Assembly (NCBI RefSeq): GCF_000737315.1
Contig: NZ_JMCB01000003.1
Span: 62,001-126,000 of the forward strand
Source of the DNA: Hyalangium minutum
Lineage (GTDB): Bacteria; Myxococcota; Myxococcia; Myxococcales; Myxococcaceae
Reading direction: 5' to 3'
DNA: 64,000 nt
The notes under the pieces were generated by a model, which made no database searches, was not told where the DNA came from, and saw only the letters and a list, made by a program, of their open reading frames with translations. Below are positions 10,028 to 17,944 of the stretch, piece by piece (positions within the stretch are counted from its first letter, which is position 1; each line of letters starts with the position of its first letter). A program made the translations under genes and the position numbers.

Positions 10028-10165
10028 GCGTCCGAGTCTCAGTTCTAGATCATTAAGATCCCTAGGAAACAGAAGCGGGTGCGTGGACGAAGGTCGGGGA
10101 GTGAAGGTCGGTAGAAATGCCCGGATGGGGAAATGCTTTACCCACAACGAGGCTGTTGAAAGCTC

Positions 10166-10180
10166 TGGCACGGTGATCGC
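10166..10180 (+). promoter_or_regulatory. sigma54 promoter of the small-protein/Zn-ribbon operon
   Basis: TGGCACGGTGATCGC (GG-N10-GC), 75 nt upstream of the GTG at 10255. Confidence 0.65.
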
Positions 10181-10254
10181 GAGCCCTTGCCGGGGCAAAG
10201 GGGGCTCCCTAGCTTCGCCCACATTGACGGGTGTGTGGCCAGGAGGGCGGCGGC

Positions 10255-10410
10255 GTGTATTGGACAATGAGCATCATCCTGTTCGTGCTGTGGATGTTGG
10301 GGCTGATCACCGGCTCCACCGAGGGCTACTGGGTCTATCTCCTGTTGCTCTTCTCGATGGTGTCGCTGGTGCTGGCGGTGTCGAACCGTGGGAAGCGGTT
10401 GGTGGCATGA
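10255..10410 (+). CDS. Small membrane protein, lmo0937/DUF5670-like (51 aa)
   Basis: AGGAGG RBS then GTG. MYWTMSIILFVLWMLGLITGSTEGYWVYLLLLFSMVSLVLAVSNRGKRLVA has two TM segments. Its stop overlaps the next ATG. Below the ORF-track length cutoff. Confidence 0.7.
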   Translation: MYWTMSIILFVLWMLGLITGSTEGYWVYLLLLFSMVSLVLAVSNRGKRLVA

Positions 10411-10964
10411 GCGCGCCGCAGGGGCTGGAGATCGAGCTGCCTCGGGATGCCTCCGGCTTCGTGCGGCGGCAGTGCCCGAGCTGCCTGCGCATCTTCAAGA
10501 CGCGCCCGAGCCGGTTCGATGCGCGGAGCCTGCAGCGCCGGCTCCTGGTGATGTTCCCCTTCGAGAATCCGCACGAGGGCTATGAGCCGGTGCCCACGTG
10601 GACGTGCTTCTACTGTGGACACCAGGCCGACGCGGACGAGTGGCTGGTCCGGGACCACGTGGCGTACCTGGAGTCGCTGGCGAGGGGGCTCGCCAACCAC
10701 GTGCGCTACGAGCAGCTCGCCCATGTGACGCGCACGCTGTCGCTGAACCCGCGGCCCACCTTCGTGGCCGTGCCGCCCGAGGCGCTGCCTCAGGGCATGC
10801 CGGACGAGCCGGAGGATCTGCGCCCCCTCTATCTGGTGTGCTGCGCGGATGATGTGAAGGCGCTCTGGGACTGGGACGGCCCGTTCTACTGCCCTCGGTG
10901 CGGCGCGCACCACGGGGGCCTGGCTGGCCGCCAGCAGGTCCACCTGGAGTTCATCCAGGAGTAG
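10407..10964 (+). CDS. Cys-rich multi-zinc-ribbon hypothetical protein (185 aa)
   Basis: C-terminal part of ORF 8625..10964. ATG at 10407 couples to the upstream stop. Motifs CPSC, CFYCG, CC and CPRCG. Confidence 0.75.
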   Translation: MSAPQGLEIELPRDASGFVRRQCPSCLRIFKTRPSRFDARSLQRRLLVMFPFENPHEGYEPVPTWTCFYCGHQADADEWLVRDHVAYLESLARGLANHVRYEQLAHVTRTLSLNPRPTFVAVPPEALPQGMPDEPEDLRPLYLVCCADDVKALWDWDGPFYCPRCGAHHGGLAGRQQVHLEFIQE

Positions 10965-11000
10965 ACGCCACCCGCTCGGCCAGAGCAGGCTGTCGGGCCC

Positions 11001-12068
11001 ATGCGGATGGCACGAGTCGCGGTGCCGCTGATCTTGCTGCTCGGAGCAGGGGCGGCCCGCGCGCACGACGCGGACATCATCTATACGCAGGTTCGGCGCA
11101 CCGATCCTGGGAGCGCCGAGGTTCGCGTGCGGCTGACGCTCACCGGGAGCACGCTGAGCCTGCTGGTGCCCACGGATGCGGAGGGTGATGGGGCGGTCTC
11201 GCAGGCGGATCTGGAGGCGCGCCGCCCGGCCCTCGAGGTAGGGATCTGGGATGCGCTGCCGCTCACCGCTGGAGGGCAGCCCTGCACGCGCCAGGCGCAC
11301 GTCGCCAAGCGGGTCGAGTCGTACGTGGAGCTGACCGCCACCTTCCAATGTCCGCCTGGCCCCCTGCGGCAGACGTACACGGTGCTCTCGGTGCTGCCGG
11401 CCAACTACCGGGTGGTGCTGGGCTCCTATGGAGGGGAGGGGGGCCAGCTCTTCGCGGACGCCGTGCGGCCCAGCCTGGACATCCCCGAGCGAGGCGGCTC
11501 GGCCCGGAGCACCTTCGCTCCGGGCTTCGTGGGCTGGGTCCAACTGGGGATGAAGCACATCTTCGAGGGCATCGACCACCTCGCCTTCCTGATCGCGCTG
11601 CTGCTGGTGGGGGGCAGCCTCAAGCGGGTGCTGGGGATGGTGACGGCCTTCACGGTGGCGCACTCGCTCACCCTGGGAGCCACGGCGCTGGGCTTCATTC
11701 TCCTGGACACGGCGCGGACGCGCTGGGTGGAGGCGGCCATTGCTGTCTCCATCATCTATGTGGCGGCGGAGAACCTGTTGTTGCGTGAACACCGCCACCG
11801 GGCGCTGCTGACGTTCCTCTTCGGACTGGTGCACGGCTTTGGCTTCGCCAGCGTGCTGAGCGCCTACGGGCTGGGGGAGCAGGTGGCGTCCGGCCTGTTC
11901 GGCTTCAACCTCGGGGTGGAGCTGGGGCAGGCGGTGATCGTCACGGCTTTGCTGCCCCTCATGCGGCTGATTCAGCGCCGGCCCAGAGTGAACCTGTGGA
12001 CGGTGCGAGCGCTCTCCTCCGTCATCCTCTGCGCGGGAGCGTGGTGGTTGTATTCGCGCATCGGTTGA
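11001..12068 (+). CDS. HupE/UreJ family metal-uptake membrane protein with periplasmic N-domain
   Basis: Signal peptide ending ARAH. Motifs HIFEGIDHLAF, FTVAHSLTL, GLVHGFGFA, FNLGVELGQ. Confidence 0.88.
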   Translation: MRMARVAVPLILLLGAGAARAHDADIIYTQVRRTDPGSAEVRVRLTLTGSTLSLLVPTDAEGDGAVSQADLEARRPALEVGIWDALPLTAGGQPCTRQAHVAKRVESYVELTATFQCPPGPLRQTYTVLSVLPANYRVVLGSYGGEGGQLFADAVRPSLDIPERGGSARSTFAPGFVGWVQLGMKHIFEGIDHLAFLIALLLVGGSLKRVLGMVTAFTVAHSLTLGATALGFILLDTARTRWVEAAIAVSIIYVAAENLLLREHRHRALLTFLFGLVHGFGFASVLSAYGLGEQVASGLFGFNLGVELGQAVIVTALLPLMRLIQRRPRVNLWTVRALSSVILCAGAWWLYSRIG

Positions 12069-12130
12069 AGTCTCGCGACCCCATCCCTAACTTGCCGCGG
12101 AAGGTCACGGTAGGGAGAAGGGGGACGCAG

Positions 12131-12601
12131 ATGGGAGCGAGGCATACTCGCTTGGCGGCGGCGCTCGCCGCTGCTTGGGAAGCCGAAGTGGTCTCGGCGC
12201 GCCGCATGACGGCTCTGGCCGAGCGCGTCGGAGATCCGCGAGCACGGGCGCGCTTGATGGTGCTGGCCGCCTTCTGCCGGGCCCATGCGTCCCGATTGCT
12301 GGCCCGCCTGGCGGCGCTCGGCCGAGGCCCTCTGCCCGTGCCCTCCGAGGACATCGACGTCAGCGCGGACCTGGCCCTGGAGCTGCGGAGGGAGGGAGCG
12401 TTCGCCCGCACTGCCGCCTCGCGTTATGAGTCCACGGCGGAGATGGCGCGCCAGCACGCGGATCTGTCGTCCGCGTGGGTCTGCGAGCTCAACCGTACGG
12501 AAGAGCAGGATCGGTCCCGGGAGCTGCTCTCCCTGGCCGAGGGCGTGCTGCCTCCGGTGGGGCTCGAGGACTCGGCGGCTGCGGCTCCGGCCGATTCCTA
12601 G
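12131..12601 (+). CDS. Degenerate ferritin-like four-helix protein
   Basis: ATG at 12131 in ORF 11996..12601. Helical pattern WEAE..., RAH, YE..AE, EEQD resembles ferritin/rubrerythrin helices with several ligands lost. Confidence 0.5.
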   Translation: MGARHTRLAAALAAAWEAEVVSARRMTALAERVGDPRARARLMVLAAFCRAHASRLLARLAALGRGPLPVPSEDIDVSADLALELRREGAFARTAASRYESTAEMARQHADLSSAWVCELNRTEEQDRSRELLSLAEGVLPPVGLEDSAAAAPADS

Positions 12602-12660
12602 GCCGCCCGGGGCGCACTCCTGCTGACAGCCGCTGGGGCTTGGGCGTATGAATGCGTCCC

Positions 12661-13434
12661 ATGGCGAAGGCGGAGAGCTACAACGATCTCATCTTCCAGC
12701 TCGGCGATCTGGCGCGGGACCGTCTGCCCGGTAAGCCGAACTGCCCGCGGACCATGGACCGCGTCTACCGCGCCGAGGAGGGGCTGGTGGCGCGGCGCGA
12801 TGAGCTGGGGGCGCTCGAGCAGGAGATGAACGAAGAGGATGCGTCCTGGCAGGACTTCCAGGCGCAGCAGGCTCAGGAGAAGGCAGGGCTCCAGGTCACC
12901 ATCAAGAAGTTCAAGAAGGCCGTGGACGCCATCGAGGGCAAGGTGCGCGAGATGCGCAAGGCGCTCTCCTCCAAGAAGGCCGAGCTGCGCTACGGCTTGG
13001 ACGGCCTGAAGAAGCTCGAGGCGAAGATCCACGACATGGAGATGACGCGCAAAGACCCCCTCGAGGTGGCGACCGCGCGCGAGAACCTGAAGAAGAACCG
13101 GCTGAAGATGATGCGCATGCAGCGCGACATCGAACAGATTCAGGACGATCTGGATCAGGCGCTCACGCCGGTTCCGGGCCAGCCTGGGGCGCCGGGCATC
13201 CTGGCGCACAAGCGCATGCTCGAGATCCAGGACGAGGCGGAGGAGCGCAAGGACGCCTTCGAGCAGCGGATGGCGGAGCTGGACGAGGCCATCGGCCAGA
13301 AGGAGCAGGAGATCCAGGCGGCGGAAGACTATTTGGATCAGGCGTTGTTCCTGCTCGGCGAAGACGTCTATAAGCAGCGGATCGCCGATGCCCAGCTGGC
13401 GCCGTTCTACCCGAGACTCGATCGCGCCCAGTGA
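12661..13434 (+). CDS. Coiled-coil hypothetical protein
   Basis: Highly charged heptad-rich sequence with strong GC3 codon bias. Confidence 0.75.
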   Translation: MAKAESYNDLIFQLGDLARDRLPGKPNCPRTMDRVYRAEEGLVARRDELGALEQEMNEEDASWQDFQAQQAQEKAGLQVTIKKFKKAVDAIEGKVREMRKALSSKKAELRYGLDGLKKLEAKIHDMEMTRKDPLEVATARENLKKNRLKMMRMQRDIEQIQDDLDQALTPVPGQPGAPGILAHKRMLEIQDEAEERKDAFEQRMAELDEAIGQKEQEIQAAEDYLDQALFLLGEDVYKQRIADAQLAPFYPRLDRAQ

Positions 13435-13455
13435 GGGCGGATCCGCTATCGGTGC

Positions 13456-13483
13456 TTGACGGCAGGGGTGCGTCTGCTAGATT
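13456..13483 (+). promoter_or_regulatory. sigma70-type promoter of rplC
   Basis: TTGACG-N16-TAGATT with TGn extended -10. Confidence 0.65.
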
Positions 13484-13567
13484 GCGCCGCTTCCTGCAGC
13501 CCGGAAGGGCTAGGCAGCGGATTTCATTGAGTTTTTCTGCGCCACGCGCGCTCGCAGTGAGGATGAC

Positions 13568-14236
13568 TTGAAGGGTCTCATTGGCAAGAAGATCGGAATG
13601 ACCCAGGTGTTCAACGACGAGGGCAACCTCGTGCCGGTCACCGTGATCGACGTGAACACCTGCCAGGTGGTGGGTAAGCGGACGCCCGAGAAGGATCAGT
13701 ACTCGGCCGTGACTCTGGGCTACGGGGAGATCCGCGAGAAGGTCCTGACGCAGGCGCAGAAGGGCTTCTTCAAGAAGAACAACGCGACTGCGCGCCGGCA
13801 CCTGAAGGAGTTCCGGGTGACGACGGAGGAGGCCGCGAAGTTCAACGTGGGCGACGCGGTGAAGGCGGACCTGTTCACCAAGGGCCAGTTGGTGGACGTC
13901 ACCGGCACCACGAAGGGCCGTGGCTTCCAGGGCGTCATGCGCCGGTGGAGCTTCAAGGGCTCGCAGACGAAGACGCACGGTACGCACGAGTATCAGCGTC
14001 ACCCGGGCGCCATCGGTCAGCGTAAGACGCCGGGCCGTACCTACCCGAACAAGAAGATGCCGGGTCACTACGGCGTGGAGCAGGTGACCACGCAGAACCT
14101 GACGATCGTCGACGTGGACACGGAGAAGGGCCTGCTGCTGATCAAGGGCGCCGTCCCCGGCCACAACGAGGCGATTGTCTACGTGAAGCCGGCCATCAAG
14201 CTGGCGATGCGCGAGCAGCACAAGGCCGCCCGCTAG
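13568..14236 (+). CDS. rplC: 50S ribosomal protein L3
   Basis: KGLIGKKIGMTQVF, VPVTVI, GTTKGRGFQGVMRRW, KKMPGHYG. TTG start with GAGG RBS. Confidence 0.98.
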   Translation: MKGLIGKKIGMTQVFNDEGNLVPVTVIDVNTCQVVGKRTPEKDQYSAVTLGYGEIREKVLTQAQKGFFKKNNATARRHLKEFRVTTEEAAKFNVGDAVKADLFTKGQLVDVTGTTKGRGFQGVMRRWSFKGSQTKTHGTHEYQRHPGAIGQRKTPGRTYPNKKMPGHYGVEQVTTQNLTIVDVDTEKGLLLIKGAVPGHNEAIVYVKPAIKLAMREQHKAAR

Positions 14237-14260
14237 TTTCTCGCGGCGGAGCTTGAGACT

Positions 14261-14310
14261 GACGCCCCGTACTGGAGCCCTCGAGGGTTCCGGGCGGGGC
14301 GTTCGTTTTT
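14261..14310 (+). terminator. Intrinsic terminator after rplC (copy 1 of a direct repeat)
   Basis: GACGCCCCGTACTGGAGCCC-TCGA-GGGTTCCGGGCGGGGCGTT followed by CGTTTTT. Confidence 0.8.
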
Positions 14311-14324
14311 GTAGGGAGGGAGCT

Positions 14325-14873
14325 TCAGGGCTCCATGGCTTCAGGTGGGAGGAGGCCAGTGCTCCCGGCCGCTTGGCGTGCGTCGGAGACGGCTCCCATG
14401 ATGCGCCCCGACTGGGGGAAGAGCTGCTCTGCCCTCGCGCTGAGTTCCAGCGCTTGAGGGAGTTGCTTCTCCATCTCCAAGTGACGGATGAGCCCAGCCC
14501 AGGCGTCCTCAAGGCTCGAAAGTGCCTTGGCGGCGCCCTCTTCCAGGAGTTTGCGCGCCTGGGCGGGTTCATGGCGGTGCGTGTCCAGGAAGTAGCCGAG
14601 CTCAATGAGTGCGTCGGCACTCCGATCCGAGGCTTGAACGGCTCGCTCCAGCAGCCGGTGGACCTCGGTGAGCATGGCTTCAGCCTCCGTGCCCGGCTCA
14701 TCAACGAGCCGTAGCAAGCGCGCAAGGCGAAGGAGGTTGGGCGTGAACGCGGGGCATGCCTCGGCGAGCTCCCGGTAGGACCTCAGCTGATCAAGACCAC
14801 TATGCGAAGCATCCCCTGCGGCGTTGGCGGCCTGGAACTTCGCGAGCAACTCTTCGAGGGGAAGGTGGGCCAT
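14325..14873 (-). CDS. TPR-like helical protein, candidate immunity protein
   Basis: 182 aa Ala/Leu-rich helical repeats, starting 5 nt after the upstream lipoprotein stop. Confidence 0.65.
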   Translation of the reverse strand: MAHLPLEELLAKFQAANAAGDASHSGLDQLRSYRELAEACPAFTPNLLRLARLLRLVDEPGTEAEAMLTEVHRLLERAVQASDRSADALIELGYFLDTHRHEPAQARKLLEEGAAKALSSLEDAWAGLIRHLEMEKQLPQALELSARAEQLFPQSGRIMGAVSDARQAAGSTGLLPPEAMEP

Positions 14874-14878
14874 GGCGC

Positions 14879-15325
14879 TTACTTCTCCATCAGACGGGAT
14901 TGTTCCTCGATGAGCTTCCGTGCCGTCTGCAGCTGAGCTTGGGTGGCGAGGCTGAAGTCGTTCTTGTCCAGCATGGTCTTGATCTCGAACAGGGTGAAGT
15001 CCTTCAACTGGGAGGGGAAGTCCTTGACCCGCCGGAGTCGCGCGGGGCTCTCGCCCAACTTCGTGGAGAGCACGGAGATGCGCTGGAGCATTCGCGCAGC
15101 CACCTCCTTGCCGATGAGCCCAGAGGCTGAGCCTTCAGCGATCAAAGCCTGAGCCTCGGTGAATTGTCCCTTGGCAATCAGTGCCCAGATGCGCGCACTC
15201 GCTGAGCCGCCCTTAAGCCGGATACCTTCCTCTGGCTCAGCTTCTGGGAGGACGTGGCTGTCCACGTGACTGCACCCATGGAGGCAGAACACGATCAAAC
15301 CGATGATCAGCATGTGACAGCGCAT
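14879..15325 (-). CDS. Small lipoprotein, candidate toxin/effector
   Basis: Hydrophobic signal with an LHGC lipobox. GGGGG RBS-like sequence upstream. Visibly less GC3-biased than core genes. Confidence 0.65.
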   Translation of the reverse strand: MRCHMLIIGLIVFCLHGCSHVDSHVLPEAEPEEGIRLKGGSASARIWALIAKGQFTEAQALIAEGSASGLIGKEVAARMLQRISVLSTKLGESPARLRRVKDFPSQLKDFTLFEIKTMLDKNDFSLATQAQLQTARKLIEEQSRLMEK

Positions 15326-15605
15326 GACGCCCCCCTTTGCTGACTCCTCGATTCTACCTGCTGTGGCTGCCCGCAGACTGGACTCGTCAGCCTGGCCTTC
15401 CGTAGGAGCCCATTCGTCACAAGGGCTGCGGCCGCTCCACCCCCGAAGAGGAGCACTCCGGTCCCAAGCCCGAGGGCAAAGGCGGCACCGGTCAGCCCGC
15501 CGCCTTCCCGCCGCGCAACTGATCCTGATCCACGCGGCACCCGCGGTTCACGGGGTAGGTGGGTGTAGGCTCTGACGCCTTCCGCCTGGGTTCTCCACGA
15601 GTCCC

Positions 15606-15654
15606 GGCGCCCCGTCCTGGAGCCAACACTGGCCCGGGCGGGGCGTTCGTTTTT
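15606..15654 (+). repeat. Second copy of the rplC terminator element
   Basis: GGCGCCCCGTCCTGGAGCC-AACACT-GGCCCGGGCGGGGCGTTCGTTTTT. The right arm of 21 nt is identical to copy 1, the left arm is nearly identical and the loop differs. Confidence 0.85.
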
Positions 15655-15771
15655 CCAGCCGGATTCTTACTCCCTGGGGCGGATTGGGCGCTGAAACGTC
15701 GGCCATCGTGCGCTCCTGCTGATGGCCGTGAAAAAAGTGCACGGTCCGGGGTACAGCGCACCTTGCCCCTT

Positions 15772-15787
15772 GGGCATCGGATGTGCA
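15772..15787 (+). promoter_or_regulatory. Candidate sigma54 promoter of nfsA
   Basis: GGGCATCGGATGTGCA (GG-N10-GC), with a less canonical -24 box. Confidence 0.45.
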
Positions 15788-15896
15788 CTTGGATGCGCCA
15801 ACGCGGAGCCAAGCGTCGCTGGGACGCTCGGTCTCCTTGGGAGTGCTGATCCTCAGCTTCATCGCGGCTCGCCCCACGGGCCGCACCCGAGTCTCT

Positions 15897-16718
15897 ATGT
15901 TGACCGTCCGTTCACTACGCGTGCTCGCCTCGATGATCCTGGCCCTGACGGCCCTGAGCGCCGCCGGGCAGCAGGAGCAGACCCTGGAGGGCGTGGTCGT
16001 CCGCAACCGACTCTATCGGCCCGCGGGCAACCTCGAGTTCTCCCCGAGTGTGGGCGTCTCCATGCTCACCTATCTCACGGCCCACTACACAGTGGACCTC
16101 GGGGTGGCCTACAACCTCTTCGACACCTTCGCCGTGGAAGGCCGCGCAGGCTACGCGTTCAGCCGGCAGACGGGCCTGGCCCGCTCCATCTCTGAGAGCT
16201 TCCTCAACCGCGACGACAAGAAGATCACCGACGAGCTCGAGGATCTCTGGCGGATGAACTTCCACGCCGTCGGCGGCCTGCGCTGGGCGCCCGTGTACGG
16301 GAAGCTCTCGCTCATGGCCGAGGTGCCCACCCACTTCCAGGCCTACCTCTGGGCCGGCGGCGGGGTGGCCTCGTTCAAGCGCCAGTCCCTGATCCAGTGC
16401 TCCCAGGTGGTGAACCGCGAGTTCGGCGTCTGCGACAACCGCTCGGATCCGCTGGATCGCTCCTCCGCTACCGAGAACTTCTGGGTGAAGGAGACGCGCG
16501 TGTCCCCCGTGGTAAGCGCCGCCGTGGGTCTGCGCTTCTTCGCCTTCGAGCGGCACGGCGTGAAGTTCGAGCTCCGGGACTGGGTGTTCCGCGACGCCTA
16601 CCGCGTGGCGCTGAACCGGGATGACTGGGAGGCGGGCCAGGAAACGGGAACGGTCGCGCCCAGCCCGGGCCTCACGCACCTCGTTCAATTCGACATTGGC
16701 TACACCTTCATCTTCTAG
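15897..16718 (+). CDS. nfsA: Outer-membrane beta-barrel protein, NfsA-like (Glt OM paralog)
   Basis: Signal peptide from ATG 15897, alternating beta-strands and C-terminal GYTFIF. First gene of the 8-gene nfs-type order. Confidence 0.75.
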   Translation: MLTVRSLRVLASMILALTALSAAGQQEQTLEGVVVRNRLYRPAGNLEFSPSVGVSMLTYLTAHYTVDLGVAYNLFDTFAVEGRAGYAFSRQTGLARSISESFLNRDDKKITDELEDLWRMNFHAVGGLRWAPVYGKLSLMAEVPTHFQAYLWAGGGVASFKRQSLIQCSQVVNREFGVCDNRSDPLDRSSATENFWVKETRVSPVVSAAVGLRFFAFERHGVKFELRDWVFRDAYRVALNRDDWEAGQETGTVAPSPGLTHLVQFDIGYTFIF

Positions 16719-16723
16719 ACACC

Positions 16724-17944
16724 ATGCGAACGATCCTGTCCTTCGCGGTTCTTCTGTCGACGGTCGCTGGGGCTGATCCGGCCCTCGCTCAGGCCGCACC
16801 CACGGTGCCCGCTCCGGGCGCCGAGTCTTCCATCCCTCCCGACATGGCCCCCGTGGCGGCGCCTCAGTCGGCTCAGCACGAGATGGGCTCTTCCGTGCCG
16901 GACGAGCAGCCCGTGGCCACGCCGCGTGCGCGTCCTCAGCGTGTAGGGGAGGACGCTGCCGAGGAGACTCCCGCTTCCGAGGAGGCTCCGGCTCCAGCCG
17001 AGGCTGCTGCCCCTGCTGCGAACCCGCCTGCCGCGGATGCGCCCCTGGCAGTGGCGGACGTGGACACCGAGCTGCGCACCACGACGCCCGAGCAGCAGCG
17101 GCTGGTGCACGGCGCGCCGCTCTACAACCCGAACGTCTCCGTCCACATCGTCCAGAAGAAGCGCTTCGCGGACGAGGGCAAGCACGAGTTCGCGCTCTAC
17201 CCGCTGGCGGTCCAGGTGAACGGCAAGTTCACCAACCACGCGGGCAGCGCGCTCCACTACACGTACCACGTGCAGGAGAACTTCGCGCTCCAGGTCTCCG
17301 GCATCTACAACTGGCACTCCAACGAGAGCCGCTTCAACCTGGAGCTGATCGACAAGGTCCGCGAGCAGGCCCAGGCGGCCTCCTCGCTGCTGCTCCAGTG
17401 GGGCGCTCAGGCCGGCGTCGAGGTGACGCCGCTGTACGGCAAGTTCGCCTTCTATGACGACCAGCTCGCTCAGTTCAGCCTGATCATCAACGGCGGTGCG
17501 GGCTTCGGCGGCACGCGGCACCTGATCCGCCCGGAGGTCGCCAACCAGGTGGAGGGACAGACCTTCACCGTCCCCGCGCGCTTCGGAGACGCGGGCACCC
17601 GGTTCGTCGGCTCCGTGGGCGGCGGCTTCCGCGTCCAGTTCGGTGACTCCTATGCGGTGCGGCTCGAGGTGAGGGATCTCGTCTACACCGCCCGCGTCGA
17701 TCGCGTGGACGGCTGCAACCTCTCCGACTTCGAGAAGCTCGAGGCAGCGCGCTCGGCCAACCAGCCCTTCGCCAACCTGGACCTCAGCGGCGGCTGCAAG
17801 TTCCAGAAGTTCGACGGCGTGGACCCGGACACGAAGAAGAACTACCGCGAGGACATCATCCTCGGGAGGGATCTGGTGGCTGAGCCCTCCTCGGACGTCC
17901 TCAACAACGTGAGCTTCTACGCCGGCTTCTCGATCCTCTTCTGA
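16724..17944 (+). CDS. nfsB: Outer-membrane beta-barrel protein, NfsB-like
   Basis: Signal peptide, Pro/Ala linker, barrel paralogous to the upstream gene, C-terminal GFSILF. Confidence 0.75.
   Translation: MRTILSFAVLLSTVAGADPALAQAAPTVPAPGAESSIPPDMAPVAAPQSAQHEMGSSVPDEQPVATPRARPQRVGEDAAEETPASEEAPAPAEAAAPAANPPAADAPLAVADVDTELRTTTPEQQRLVHGAPLYNPNVSVHIVQKKRFADEGKHEFALYPLAVQVNGKFTNHAGSALHYTYHVQENFALQVSGIYNWHSNESRFNLELIDKVREQAQAASSLLLQWGAQAGVEVTPLYGKFAFYDDQLAQFSLIINGGAGFGGTRHLIRPEVANQVEGQTFTVPARFGDAGTRFVGSVGGGFRVQFGDSYAVRLEVRDLVYTARVDRVDGCNLSDFEKLEAARSANQPFANLDLSGGCKFQKFDGVDPDTKKNYREDIILGRDLVAEPSSDVLNNVSFYAGFSILF

Noticed and set aside
8625-10406. 779-aa ORF 8625..10964
   Set aside because: Shadow of the STAS and transglycosylase genes. 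Only the part from ATG 10407 is coding.
12131-12601. Encapsulin cargo (EncB/C/D-like)
   Set aside because: No LTVGSL-type targeting peptide, the ferroxidase ligands are incomplete and there is no encapsulin gene nearby.
15326-15605. Short ORFs or gene remnant between the lipoprotein and the repeat copy
   Set aside because: No RBS, no recognisable motif and no consistent frame.
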